NCBI GenBank assembly: GCA_043771635.1
Contig: JAYVHA010000019.1
Coordinates: 1,248-65,247 of the forward strand
DNA: 64,000 nt
Direction of reading: 5' to 3'
Origin: Candidatus Woesearchaeota archaeon
GTDB lineage: Archaea; Nanobdellota; Nanobdellia; Woesearchaeales; SKIA01
Part shown: positions 21,537 through 31,354 of the stretch, in pieces
How the letters are laid out: each line of letters opens with the position of its first letter
Position numbering within the stretch: position 1 is the first letter of the stretch
Made by a program: the position numbers and the translations under genes
Notes under the pieces: generated by a model
Database searches by the model: none
Seen by the model: only the letters and a program-made list of their open reading frames with translations
What the model was told of the DNA's origin: nothing

Positions 21537-22583
21537 TTATCTTTTGGTGGCATTCAAAAAAGTACCGAGTGCCCACGCAAAGTTTGTTTCGCTGCGATAA
21601 AACCAGCGCTTAACAGGCGCATCGCGTTCATAGACTTCAAACACGCCACCATGCTGCCTCACAATTTTTTCAAACGCGCGGGTGCGACGCTTGGCTTCGG
21701 CCGGGTTCCCAATTACATTATAGGCTTGAATTTCTATACCGACTAGCCAACTCCACTCCATGCTCGCATGATAGTCAGAGAGACCAATAAAGAAAAATGG
21801 AATGAATACTTCACGCAACGTTGGTTTGAAAAATCCCGCGGGCGGACAAATACTTTTTCGCTTTGCTATTCGAGGAAGAATCTTTTTCGCTTGTTCGCGT
21901 GTTGCGACGCCCCATAATATTGCAAGTAAATTACCTGCAGTCATTAACTCAGCACGTTTACCGTCCATGAAATGGTCGGTTCGCCACCAGGATTGCAGAC
22001 GAGCACGCGTTCGCACTGCACGTTTATTAGCGCTAGCGTCACTAAAGAGTGTTGCAGCTGCGCGATGCGCTGCGAATAAACAGACGTTTGTGTAAAGACG
22101 CGCGCCTGCTACTTTGATTGAATCTTCCCAGCAAGCACAGGGCCCTTGCTCTATCAATCCATTCCTTTCATGGTCAATTATCCACGCATAGACTTCACCC
22201 AGTCTGCGGCGATCAATCAGTTTGGAAGTATCTCGCTCATACGCTGCCGCAACAATCAGCAGCAACATGTTACCATCTATGGAGTCATTCTTTCCTTTAT
22301 CTTGAGCGTGAATTGCACCAGTTCTGGTTGGTAAACCGAAGTAACGCGCGACTTCACTCCGCGCACCGATGCGGAGCGGCACATGACCGTCGTCACGCAA
22401 GTTTGCTAAAAAGTGTTCAAGCGTTTTGCGTACTTGTTCATAATCGCCAATTGCGAGCGCACCAAAGCACGCAAATAAACTGTCTCGCGCCCAGTAGTCT
22501 TTGAAATGCGTAGCGCCTGCATAAATGCCATTTGGACCGTACTGTTTTCGAAAATTACTTTCTAGTGAAGCCATGGGATGCAA
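21537..22583 (-). CDS. (alpha/alpha)6 glycoside hydrolase (amylo-alpha-1,6-glucosidase/invertase-like)
   Basis: 'AGATHFKDYWARDSLFA', 'YH...WSWL', 'FEVY', 'FAWA' motifs. Confidence 0.7.
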   Translation of the reverse strand: MHPMASLESNFRKQYGPNGIYAGATHFKDYWARDSLFACFGALAIGDYEQVRKTLEHFLANLRDDGHVPLRIGARSEVARYFGLPTRTGAIHAQDKGKNDSIDGNMLLLIVAAAYERDTSKLIDRRRLGEVYAWIIDHERNGLIEQGPCACWEDSIKVAGARLYTNVCLFAAHRAAATLFSDASANKRAVRTRARLQSWWRTDHFMDGKRAELMTAGNLLAILWGVATREQAKKILPRIAKRKSICPPAGFFKPTLREVFIPFFFIGLSDYHASMEWSWLVGIEIQAYNVIGNPAEAKRRTRAFEKIVRQHGGVFEVYERDAPVKRWFYRSETNFAWALGTFLNATKR

Positions 22584-23526
22584 GTATGATAAAGCCTACA
22601 AGCGATATAATAATATCGCGAGCGCGAATTAGAAGTGCTAGTAGTAAGCCTCCGACGGGATTGAAGCCAATAATAGTAAATGCAGTTGTTTGCGACGTCT
22701 CAAGCGTACCTAGCGCAAGCGGAATCGGAAGCAAGTATGCTAGCCCGACGAACGAGTAAACAATAAACACCCCCCAAAGTGGCGCATTAAACCCCAGCAC
22801 TTGTAGTGCTGCTGAATATTCAACTAGACTTACGAGCCAAGCTAAAGCGCTTACTAGAGTTGCAAGCAGGAACGCACGTGGACGCGCGCGATAGAATGCC
22901 ATTGTTTCATTTTCAAAACGCTTTGCAGCCGCAATAGTTTTTTTATTTTTAGAAAAACGCTTCATTAATGTGGTTATTACATGCTTACCTTTTGCAAAAC
23001 CTATAGCGACGACGGCAGCAAAAAATAGACAAATGGATGAAATTATTAGCAGTGGAACGCTTGCGCTCGCAGGAAGTTCACCATGGAAGGATAACCAAAA
23101 CACGCCAAGAAAAAATAGAACTGAAAAAGTTTGCACTTCAACAGCACGGTCTAAAACAACAGTTGAGAGCGCATGACTAAAAGTAGTTCGCTTGCGTCCA
23201 GTCTGATGTCTTGTTAACAGTCCTGCGGCGACTGCGTCACCGCCAACTCTAGGGCCAGGTGTAACGAAACTCACTGCTGTTCTTGAAAGTTGGTAACTGA
23301 ATAAACGATAATATGAAACATCCACTCCACTCGCAATCACAATAATTTGCCAACGTAAAACTAGTAAAGAAATAATTATTGCGGTTGCCGCTAAGTAAAG
23401 CGTAATATATTCTGGATTACTATTTTGTAGTGTTGAAGCTGCGTCAGACCAATTTGTTGTCCATAGGACTGGAATAAACAGCGCCAGCCCGATTGCTACC
23501 GATAGCCACAGCAATATAGGCTTCAT
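22555..23526 (-). CDS. UPF0104 / lysylphosphatidylglycerol-synthase TM (flippase-like) protein
   Basis: 'LRWQII', 'TPGPRVGGD', 'VVLDR', 'PLALGTLE' with multiple TM helices. Confidence 0.85.
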   Translation of the reverse strand: MKPILLWLSVAIGLALFIPVLWTTNWSDAASTLQNSNPEYITLYLAATAIIISLLVLRWQIIVIASGVDVSYYRLFSYQLSRTAVSFVTPGPRVGGDAVAAGLLTRHQTGRKRTTFSHALSTVVLDRAVEVQTFSVLFFLGVFWLSFHGELPASASVPLLIISSICLFFAAVVAIGFAKGKHVITTLMKRFSKNKKTIAAAKRFENETMAFYRARPRAFLLATLVSALAWLVSLVEYSAALQVLGFNAPLWGVFIVYSFVGLAYLLPIPLALGTLETSQTTAFTIIGFNPVGGLLLALLIRARDIIISLVGFIILASHGFTRK

Positions 23527-23601
23527 ATACAGACATCGACGGAATGGTATTTAAATGTGCAGGAGCTTCCTTATATATGCTCATTCGTGAGCAGGAAATA
23601 A

Positions 23602-23676
23602 GCACCTGTAGCTCAGCCTGGATAGAGCGTAGCACTCCTAATGCTAAGGTCCGGGGTTCAAATCCTCGCAGGTGCG
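23602..23676 (+). tRNA. tRNA-Arg(CCT)
   Basis: acceptor GCACCTG/CAGGTGC, anticodon arm TAGCA-CTCCTAA-TGCTA, GTTCAAAT T-loop; no intron, no CCA. Confidence 0.95.
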
Positions 23677-23682
23677 TAAGAA

Positions 23683-23724
23683 CCTGCGAGTTCAAAAATG
23701 ATAACGTTTTTGTAAACTCGCAGG
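23683..23724. repeat. inverted repeat immediately downstream of tRNA-Arg
   Basis: cctgcgagtt-caaaaa...tttttg-ta-aactcgcagg. Confidence 0.7.
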
Positions 23725-23828
23725 CGCGTTTAGCTGCAGATACGGAATTTATGATTCCGTTTACTCATAGCTAGGCAAAATATTTTATCTAAATTATTAA
23801 AGGAATTATGAAAACAAAATAAAAAATA

Positions 23829-24203
23829 CTAGCGCTTAACACTAAGTATTGCAATTAAGAATGCAATTGCCATCAAGACAATACTTACAACAGACAGCCA
23901 TAGTCCTGCAACGTAAGCAAGTCCTACCGCAATAAAGCCCCATAGGCCAGCGCGGCGATAAATTAACAACATAGTTAACGCGGTAAGAACAATTGGACCG
24001 TACAAAAATGCGAGTTCAATCCAAGATTCATAACCAGTTTGCACACTTAAGATTAGATTTTCTAATTGCGCGCGCACCCACGAGCCAGGATTGAAGCCAA
24101 GGTTAGTCCATAGCCCAGACAGAAAGCCAAAACCGATTACAGCAGAGCGAATGAACCGCAGTCGTGCGTTCGAGCGCTGCGCTCTAAAAAAATCAGTCAT
24201 CAT
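23829..24203 (-). CDS. hypothetical membrane protein
   Basis: ATG 24203/24200 just after the tdk stop; 3-4 hydrophobic helices. Confidence 0.65.
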   Translation of the reverse strand: MMTDFFRAQRSNARLRFIRSAVIGFGFLSGLWTNLGFNPGSWVRAQLENLILSVQTGYESWIELAFLYGPIVLTALTMLLIYRRAGLWGFIAVGLAYVAGLWLSVVSIVLMAIAFLIAILSVKR

Positions 24204-24210
24204 TCGCTCT

Positions 24211-24804
24211 CTACGAGACATAGTGATGCCTCCTGCAACGCGCTTCGTAGTCTTCCGCGCCGCCAACAAGTACAAGCGGCGCATCGGCAGACGCAGGCTT
24301 GCCATCAACTAAGCGCTGAGTCATGTCAGCGTCAGAGCCACAAATAATTCCCTCCTCATCTTTGTGAGTGCAAATTGCGCGCAGCGTTGTAATTACTGCA
24401 TGCGGCATTAGGTCTCCAATGTGCAAGTTACTACCGCGGAATCTAAATGGCTCTCCGCGAAAGTCCGTTGCAAGCGCTGAAGCAATAACAGTGCGACCGC
24501 GACGTACTTGCTCCAAGCAAAATCCTATTATTGCTGCGTCAAAAAATTGTAATTCGTCAATTGCGATAATATCAGGATCATTTAGAAATAGCATTAATTC
24601 GCGAGTATCAGCTACTGGCACTGCTTCAACACCGATGCGGTCGTGTGAAACAACTGCATTAGCGTCATAGCGATCGTCAATTACTGGCTTAAACAATTGC
24701 ACACGGCGCCCTGCAATAACTTCGCGGCGCACGCGCCGTTGCAGCTCTGCCGTCTTGCCTGCGTACATACACCCCACGATGATTTGGAGTTCTCCCATAC
24801 CCAC
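24211..24804 (-). CDS. tdk: thymidine kinase
   Basis: GCMYAGKT, FKPVIDDRY, IDELQFF, DFRGEPF, VGGAEDYEARCR. Confidence 0.95.
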   Translation of the reverse strand: MGMGELQIIVGCMYAGKTAELQRRVRREVIAGRRVQLFKPVIDDRYDANAVVSHDRIGVEAVPVADTRELMLFLNDPDIIAIDELQFFDAAIIGFCLEQVRRGRTVIASALATDFRGEPFRFRGSNLHIGDLMPHAVITTLRAICTHKDEEGIICGSDADMTQRLVDGKPASADAPLVLVGGAEDYEARCRRHHYVS

Positions 24805-24874
24805 ATTATTAGGAATTCATCTAGTTTTAAAGTATGCGGGTGAAGTATATAAACAAACTAAGAATCGTCACGTT

Positions 24875-25138
24875 ATGTATACGCCACGCAATCAAAAAGA
24901 TGAATTAGACTCATCCTGGAATCAAGTTAGCAGCTATGAAGCGCTGCATGCAGCTAGACCGACAGCTTCACCTGGTGCTGCCAATAGAGCACACGACCAA
25001 CCAGCAAGCTTATCCACCATCGCCCGCCGAATTGCTACTGGAGAGTATACCCTAACGGATAGACTCAGCCCAGCATTTCGCGCAAAAACCGGAGTTGACG
25101 GTAAAGCTATTCTTGAGTGGTATATGCGTTGCAAATAA
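24875..25138 (+). CDS. small hypothetical protein
   Basis: ATG ~25 nt after a tatataaa box; fills the gap before truD. Confidence 0.45.
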   Translation: MYTPRNQKDELDSSWNQVSSYEALHAARPTASPGAANRAHDQPASLSTIARRIATGEYTLTDRLSPAFRAKTGVDGKAILEWYMRCK

Positions 25139-25992
25139 AATCAAGTCCTGAGGACTTTCTCGTACGAGAGTTCTATGTTCCAAAGTTTGCAGCAGGCAAT
25201 TACGCATTATACTCGCTTCGCAAGGAGCGTTGGAATACTGAAGACGTTTTGCAAGAACTGTCGCGCTTAATGCAAGTGCCGCGCAAAGCGCTTGCGTCTT
25301 GCGGCAATAAGGACCGTCAGGCAATCACGGAACAGTACATTACAGCGCATAAGGGAGCACCACGAAGCTATTTTGGCAAGGATTTCTCATTGACATACCT
25401 AGGGCAAATGCAAGAAGCACTGCACCTCGGCGCCCACGAGCGGAATATTTTTACTATAACTTTACGAGGACTTAAACCGGACTGTAAAGTATTAACGAGC
25501 AAGGTTCGCAACACTTTTGGAGAGCAGCGCTTCGGGCAAGGTAATGAAATAGTTGGATTTCACTTATTACGAAAAGACTACCGCGCAGCTGCAGAGGCGC
25601 TTAAACTTACGTTTACAAATGATCCGATAACTGCGCTGCGCACTGTGCCAAAACAACTTCTTACCTTGTACTTGCACGCTGCGCAAAGCATGCTCTGGAA
25701 TGAGCGTGTGAAAACACTTGCACCGACAGTCACCAGCTATCTTCTGCCAGGCTACGGCGAACCTCTGGATGATGAAATGCTTGCGCTCCTATCAACGCAG
25801 AGCCTTGAGGAAGATTGCTTCATTAATCGTTCGATGCACGAATTGTCTCTTGAAGGTGGAGCGCGCCAAGTCTATCAAGATGTGCAGGATTTTTCGGCAT
25901 CCACGGTCAAGGACGGAGTTATGATTCTTCAGTTTAGTTTACCGCCAAGCCAGTATGCTACAGAAACAGTTCGGCAGAAAATTTCAGAATAA
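25117..25992 (+). CDS. truD: tRNA pseudouridine(13) synthase TruD (compact)
   Basis: IKSSPEDFLVRE, GNKDRQAITEQY, NTFGEQRFG, AAQSMLWN, FSLPPSQYAT. Confidence 0.92.
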   Translation: MVYALQIKSSPEDFLVREFYVPKFAAGNYALYSLRKERWNTEDVLQELSRLMQVPRKALASCGNKDRQAITEQYITAHKGAPRSYFGKDFSLTYLGQMQEALHLGAHERNIFTITLRGLKPDCKVLTSKVRNTFGEQRFGQGNEIVGFHLLRKDYRAAAEALKLTFTNDPITALRTVPKQLLTLYLHAAQSMLWNERVKTLAPTVTSYLLPGYGEPLDDEMLALLSTQSLEEDCFINRSMHELSLEGGARQVYQDVQDFSASTVKDGVMILQFSLPPSQYATETVRQKISE

Positions 25993-25994
25993 AA

Positions 25995-26516
25995 CTAAAT
26001 ATTTAGCTTAGCGCAGATTTCGTCAAAGACAATTGGAATTGCTTTACCGCCATCGACTTCGACCAGTTTTCCCTGTGCGCGATAGTAATTTAGAATGCCA
26101 TCCGCGTCTGCTCGGTACTGAGCGATGCGGTTAGTTATTGCGTCAGGCGTGTCGTCAGCTCTTCCGCGAGCAAGTGCACGCCGCATAGCTTCTTCCTTGT
26201 CGAGGTCAATGTACAGTACGGAGTCAACGTTCTCAATAGTATCGAGTAAACGTGCTTGCGCAATTGTACGTGGATAACCATCAAGAATTACGCGAGGCGG
26301 CAGGTGGCGCTTCAAAATTGTAGTCATTTCCGTGTCTGACAAATATTGTCCACTTTCAATGGTGGCTTTAATGCGCTTACCTTCGTCGGACGGCTCCGAC
26401 GCTATGGCTCGAAGCACTTCTCCTGTTGATAAGTGCGGAATCGACAGTTTACGACTTAGTAAACCACCCTGGGTTCCTTTACCGCTTCCTTGAATGCCGT
26501 AGAGAACAATGAACAT
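25995..26516 (-). CDS. adk: adenylate kinase, bacterial type, short (no LID)
   Basis: GIQGSGKGTQ, HLSTGEVLR, ILDGYPRT, RGRADD. Confidence 0.92.
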   Translation of the reverse strand: MFIVLYGIQGSGKGTQGGLLSRKLSIPHLSTGEVLRAIASEPSDEGKRIKATIESGQYLSDTEMTTILKRHLPPRVILDGYPRTIAQARLLDTIENVDSVLYIDLDKEEAMRRALARGRADDTPDAITNRIAQYRADADGILNYYRAQGKLVEVDGGKAIPIVFDEICAKLNI

Positions 26517-26582
26517 AGTGCTTTCTAGAGATTGAGGGTTTATATTCGTAGTGGCGGAATAAATCATAGAATACAACAGTTT

Positions 26583-27011
26583 CTAACCCATATAGGACAA
26601 GTCGGACGCGCCTTGGCGATGACCGTTGTAGGCAGCCTTAGTTTTCTCAATTATTATTTGAAGTTCGCGCACAAACATAGGCCACTCTTTATATAAACGC
26701 ATAATTAATACCAAGTCTTGCTCGGGAGTGGAGACCAGTTCTGCCATCAAGCAATCCTTCTCTAGTAACATAAACCTGTCATGAAGCTTATGAATATGCT
26801 CGCGCTCTTTTTCGGTTAATACTCCGGCTTCTGCTAGCGAGATTATTCCTTCGGGCCAAATCAGTTGAGCGAGCAGCTCACAAAATGAGGCAAGCTTTTC
26901 GTGCAGTGCCAGCCGTACAGTGACGGTTGATACTTGATCTTCTAGCTCTACCCATTGTGGAAGCAGAGGCAGTTTGTGCTCAGCGCAGAATGCTTCAACC
27001 GTGACTTTCAT
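26583..27011 (-). CDS. hypothetical protein
   Basis: 142-aa helical ORF ending in SYMG; upstream TTTAAA-type box. Confidence 0.6.
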   Translation of the reverse strand: MKVTVEAFCAEHKLPLLPQWVELEDQVSTVTVRLALHEKLASFCELLAQLIWPEGIISLAEAGVLTEKEREHIHKLHDRFMLLEKDCLMAELVSTPEQDLVLIMRLYKEWPMFVRELQIIIEKTKAAYNGHRQGASDLSYMG

Positions 27012-27153
27012 AGGCTAAGGCGCGACCGCCAGTTTTAAAGCATGTCGGTTGCTCAACTGGTAGCACTTAGCAGCGAAGTATTGCGCTCGGCCAAAACATG
27101 CTCTTTCATGGAGCAATATAAACAAGACACAATTAAGTTATAAACGCAGCGAC

Positions 27154-28443
27154 ATGCGCCTGATCATGCTCGAGAAACTCGTTGAAAAGTTGCCCGCGTT
27201 GCAGAATACTGGATATCTGCTTATATTCGTTGCAGCCATATTAGAATCTCTACCTGCAATTGGTTTATTGGTTCCAGGGCAAACAATTCTGGTCCTCGGA
27301 GGATTCCTGTCGTCTAGCGGAGTTATGCACTGGTGGCTCGTCGCACTAATTGCAACTGCAGGCGCAATTATAGGCGACTCACTCGCATACTGGCTAGGAC
27401 GACGCTACAAACTCAAGTTCTTAGGTAAACACGAGCAAATGCTAAGCGACGTCGTCTCTCTTCTACATTCACACCCATTCAAGACACTGGTACTTGGACG
27501 CTTTAACTCGCTCACACGCTCATTCGCACCTTATGCTGCAGGCGCAAGTCAAGTCAGCGTACGTAAATTCATGATTGCAAACATTGTTGGAGGCGCTTTA
27601 TGGGCGTTTACTTGGACTGGCGTGGGAATACTTCTAGGTGCAGGCTTCGGATACGTGTCCAATATACTTGAAACAACAGTTCTAGTTGCAGTAGTGCTGG
27701 CAGCAGGATTATTCTTTTTGTTCAGGTATTTACGCCGCAAGTATGGACTCGGTCATGTAGCATTTGTACTGGCAACACTAAGCGCTCTTACCATTATTGC
27801 GTTCGCAATGCTAGTTTCAGGCCTCAATAGTCCGTACGTACAGTCGATTGATACCTTGGGACAAACTATCACTCTTCCCCTGAGCGCAACAATTCTTACT
27901 GCAGCAGCATTAGTTCTTACTTCGCTTATTCATCCTCTAACCCTTTCATTCATTATAGTAGTTTTTTCCACCGGACTAATGCTTGTTCGGCGGCGCGAAG
28001 CCGCAGGACTGTTTATAGTCGCAGTGGGAGGAGCCATAATCATTGCATTTATGGTCAAAAGTATAGTTTTACGTGTGCGCCCACCGTCTGCCATGCTGTG
28101 GAATGCAACAATCGGTAGCAACGGCTTTGGATCATGGAGTTTTCCAAGTGGTCACGCGCTGATAGCTGTAACAGTATTCGGGTCAATAGCACTTACAGTT
28201 CGACGTTTCGCGAGCAAGCATTTTATGTTAACAAGTACATGCCTGGTTTTGGCAATTGGAGTAAGCCTAAGCCGCGTGTTACTTGGCGTTCACTGGCTCT
28301 CAGACGTGCTTGCAGGCGCCACCCTGGGGCTATTCTGGATCTCGCTAGTCTATCTAATTAACGAGGCGGCACGAGCGCGTGGAGCTGCTGTGCGCGCTGG
28401 CAAGCGAGTGAATCCGCGTAAAAAAGAAATAAGCGCGCGCTGA
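27154..28443 (+). CDS. DedA-PAP2 fusion membrane protein
   Basis: DedA: ES..GLLVPG, GDSLAYWLGR, GRF; PAP2: K...RVRP, SFPSGH, SRVLLGVHWLSDV. Confidence 0.92.
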   Translation: MRLIMLEKLVEKLPALQNTGYLLIFVAAILESLPAIGLLVPGQTILVLGGFLSSSGVMHWWLVALIATAGAIIGDSLAYWLGRRYKLKFLGKHEQMLSDVVSLLHSHPFKTLVLGRFNSLTRSFAPYAAGASQVSVRKFMIANIVGGALWAFTWTGVGILLGAGFGYVSNILETTVLVAVVLAAGLFFLFRYLRRKYGLGHVAFVLATLSALTIIAFAMLVSGLNSPYVQSIDTLGQTITLPLSATILTAAALVLTSLIHPLTLSFIIVVFSTGLMLVRRREAAGLFIVAVGGAIIIAFMVKSIVLRVRPPSAMLWNATIGSNGFGSWSFPSGHALIAVTVFGSIALTVRRFASKHFMLTSTCLVLAIGVSLSRVLLGVHWLSDVLAGATLGLFWISLVYLINEAARARGAAVRAGKRVNPRKKEISAR

Positions 28444-29183
28444 TATGCACTTGAATTAATTATGAAACGATGATCTGCTTTAGGAATAATAACTAGCCGT
28501 TTCGGTCCTTTAATTAATTTAAATGCGTCGCGTGCGCACTGCACTGGCACAGCTTCGTCGCGCTCACCATGTATTACAAGCGCAGGTTTGCGAAGTTTCT
28601 TAAGCGTTTTTTCCAAAGGTAACGTAAAAAATTCATCGTAAAACTTCTTACTAATGCGCTCGCGCTTAGCACTCCAGTTCATTGGGTAGAGCGTATGCGT
28701 GTGGCCCGTTAACCAAAGCTCACGCACTTGCTTATCCGTAAAATCAAGATGCGCTCCTCTGTCGAGGAAACCCTGTCCACTGCTCAAAATAACTGCATCT
28801 ACGCGCCTATCTTGAGCTGCAAATGGCACTGTTAAGGCGCCAGTAGAATGCCCTAAAAGTACAAGACGCTCATACTGAACATGCGCACTTAGAAATCTAA
28901 TAGCAGCCCTTAGGTCTCGCACGTCGCCCGACATTAGACGCTCCTCGTGTGTGCCGTCACTCGCTCCGCAACCAGTGAAGTCAAAGCGCATCACTAAAAA
29001 ACCTGCGCGCGACAGGGCAAGCGAACGTCTGTGCGTGCCACCGCTGCTGTCGCCAGGAAAGCCATGCGCCATAATTACTGCCGTTGTAAAACGCTTAGGC
29101 GTATAAACAACGCCTCGGAGCTGATGAGAGCCCCCATTCGGGAATGAAATTGGCAATTGAGTTATTGAATTTATTCTTGCCAT
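28350..29183 (-). CDS. alpha/beta hydrolase
   Basis: HGF, RFDFTGCGASDG, GHSTG nucleophile, HGERDEAVP, ADHRF; ATG 29183. Confidence 0.88.
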   Translation of the reverse strand: MARINSITQLPISFPNGGSHQLRGVVYTPKRFTTAVIMAHGFPGDSSGGTHRRSLALSRAGFLVMRFDFTGCGASDGTHEERLMSGDVRDLRAAIRFLSAHVQYERLVLLGHSTGALTVPFAAQDRRVDAVILSSGQGFLDRGAHLDFTDKQVRELWLTGHTHTLYPMNWSAKRERISKKFYDEFFTLPLEKTLKKLRKPALVIHGERDEAVPVQCARDAFKLIKGPKRLVIIPKADHRFIINSSAYQRALISFLRGFTRLPARTAAPRARAASLIR

Positions 29184-29196
29184 ATTTTGAGCTCTC

Positions 29197-29544
29197 CTAT
29201 ACCCTCTCACTCCACCGTAGCCAGCCAAGCGCAGCGACTGCAACAAGAACTACAAGCGGGATTAATACCGTGGCGCCGCCGTCGTGAATTAGTAAAGTAA
29301 TAATTGCGGCAGCGAGCAATGCTCCTAAGAGGCCAACACCGACTAGCGTCGTTGTAGGAATTATTATGAGCACCGCACCAATAACTTCAATTAGTGAAGT
29401 AAACTGGTGCCAGCCGGCGGGATACCCCCAGACTACAAATTGTGCCGCATACCCAGGGTCTCTGTAATGGATGAAACCAAAATAGAAAAATGCTACCGCC
29501 ACAATAAACCTAAGTACCCACGCAACCAGTAGACTCGCACGCAT
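29197..29544 (-). CDS. DoxX-like membrane protein
   Basis: 'LRFIVAVAF', 'FVVWGYP', 'IEVIGAVLIIIP'; 4 TM helices. Confidence 0.8.
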   Translation of the reverse strand: MRASLLVAWVLRFIVAVAFFYFGFIHYRDPGYAAQFVVWGYPAGWHQFTSLIEVIGAVLIIIPTTTLVGVGLLGALLAAAIITLLIHDGGATVLIPLVVLVAVAALGWLRWSERV

Positions 29545-29707
29545 AAAACTAGAATATTAGTAGCGCTAATAAAAATGCTATGTTTAAGTTCAAATAAAAC
29601 ATTTCTTCTAATCTGTAGCCTAGTAAAATACTCAAATATACCTAACTATGAGACAATAACAGTATATTACAGTTTTACAAATTAGCGTAGCGCGCACACA
29701 ACTAACA

Positions 29708-29779
29708 AGCCTCCACTGGGATTTGAACCCAGAACCTTCAGTTTACAAAACTGACGCACCACCGTTGTGCTATAGAGGC
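29708..29779 (-). tRNA. tRNA-Thr(TGT)
   Basis: reverse strand GCCTCTA...TCAGT-TTTGTAA-ACTGA...GGTTCAAATCC...TGGAGGC-T. Confidence 0.95.
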
Positions 29780-29851
29780 AGCGTGAGAGGTATATTCAGG
29801 TTTATAAGCGTTTATTCGCTAGAACAGGCAATAGGCGCATATAGTGTTAAT

Positions 29852-30298
29852 TTAAGGCAGCAAATAAATGCCGCTAGCAACCACAAACCCTAGTAGTGCA
29901 CCAATAGTAACCTGGGCTGGGGTGTGGCCTAGCACGGTACGCGCTTTTTCGTGTATATTTAGCTTACTTGATAGTACATTCAGTATACGAGCTTGCTCTC
30001 CTACCGAGGCTCGCACACCGAAACTGTCGCGGATTACAATTAATGCGAAAATTACTGAGAGAAAGAACACAGCTGACACGCCAGTTTCTAAGCCAATAGC
30101 AACCGATAGCGCTACAACAATAGAACTGTGGCTGCTCGGCATGCCTCCAGTTTCCCAAAGTGGTCCCGCGCTCCACCGGCCACTTTCATACCGGTGCGTT
30201 AATAGTTTTACAAAATGAGTAATTATGTAAGTGAAAGTGAGCGTCCAAAAGATTCTACTTTCTAGTATCTCAAAAATAAACGCCAAGATAGGTAACAT
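29852..30298 (-). CDS. divergent PAP2 family protein (DUF212)
   Basis: TGGMPSSHS, D..GVR..GEQA..LN, LGHTP.QV..GA. Confidence 0.9.
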   Translation of the reverse strand: MLPILAFIFEILESRIFWTLTFTYIITHFVKLLTHRYESGRWSAGPLWETGGMPSSHSSIVVALSVAIGLETGVSAVFFLSVIFALIVIRDSFGVRASVGEQARILNVLSSKLNIHEKARTVLGHTPAQVTIGALLGFVVASGIYLLP

Positions 30299-30391
30299 AC
30301 TATATGACGCTAATTGCTATTCTTAAACGTTCCGCGTAAAATTTACGAATTATCTGCACTAACTAATATCTACATTCTGAGAATACCTAAT

Positions 30392-31354
30392 TTAAGGTAG
30401 TAAACGGAATCGTGTATTAAGTAATCCCCACTCAACAAACAGCAGAGCTATAGCAATCAACAGCATGGCGCTGGAGAGGTCTATTGGGACATATGCACTC
30501 TCACGCGCACCTATCACTTGCTCAAACGCCGCCTTTAATGTTACAGGATCATGCGCCCACGCATAGGTACCACCAGTGTTTGCTGCGATGGTGCGCAAAT
30601 TCTCTTCGTCATACATCACCACCTTTGCCTCTAGACCAGGCACAAACGAACCTAAACGCTCACTGCCCACTCCTATAGTGTGAATTACGACGCCGCGCTG
30701 ACGTGCATAACTAATTGCTTGCGGGATTGGATTGTCGTCATACAGTGAGAGTGCTGAAACTCCGTCAGTTAGAAGCACCATGGCGCGGCCGCTTCGTTTG
30801 TCTGCGAGTAGGTTCGTGCCCGTTACTATCGCAGCGGCAATGTCGCTTCCTCCAAGCGGCTTGAGCGCGACACTCGCGAGCGCTTTACGAACTAGAGCGT
30901 CGTCTGAAGTTGGCACCTGTAATACTTCGGGCAAACCAGAATATTGGATTAAGCCAACTTCCGTACGCGAATCAATTTGATCCAAAAACGTGCCCGCCGC
31001 TATACGTGCTGCCGCAAGGCGTGTACCATTCATGTCATTAATTGACATGCTTGCACTCGAGTCAATAAGAATAACAACATCGTTTTGAGCGCGCGTACCT
31101 ATGTGCCACAGAGTTGTGCCAGCGGCTGCAAAAATAAGTGAGACAATAATAATAAGGCGTAAAACAAGAAGCCCAAGATTTTTTGTAAGTAATCGCTTTC
31201 CTGTAACGCGCTCAATAGTAGTAAAATTTCCAAAAATTATTGCGCGATGCCGCGCGTGTCTCATAAAATACAAATGTGTAAAAATTAGAAGGGGAACTGC
31301 AAACAACAACCATAACGCCACCGGTTGCGCAATCGTAAAATAGAACGAAGCCAT
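30392..31354 (-). CDS. BatA-like membrane vWA domain protein
   Basis: N-terminal BatA-type TM pair, MIDAS DSSASM, LLTDG, IHTIGVG, C-terminal TM. Confidence 0.88.
   Translation of the reverse strand: MASFYFTIAQPVALWLLFAVPLLIFTHLYFMRHARHRAIIFGNFTTIERVTGKRLLTKNLGLLVLRLIIIVSLIFAAAGTTLWHIGTRAQNDVVILIDSSASMSINDMNGTRLAAARIAAGTFLDQIDSRTEVGLIQYSGLPEVLQVPTSDDALVRKALASVALKPLGGSDIAAAIVTGTNLLADKRSGRAMVLLTDGVSALSLYDDNPIPQAISYARQRGVVIHTIGVGSERLGSFVPGLEAKVVMYDEENLRTIAANTGGTYAWAHDPVTLKAAFEQVIGARESAYVPIDLSSAMLLIAIALLFVEWGLLNTRFRLLP

Noticed and set aside
23444..23774. ORFs 23444..23695 and 23544..23774
   Set aside because: They overlap tRNA-Arg and are spurious
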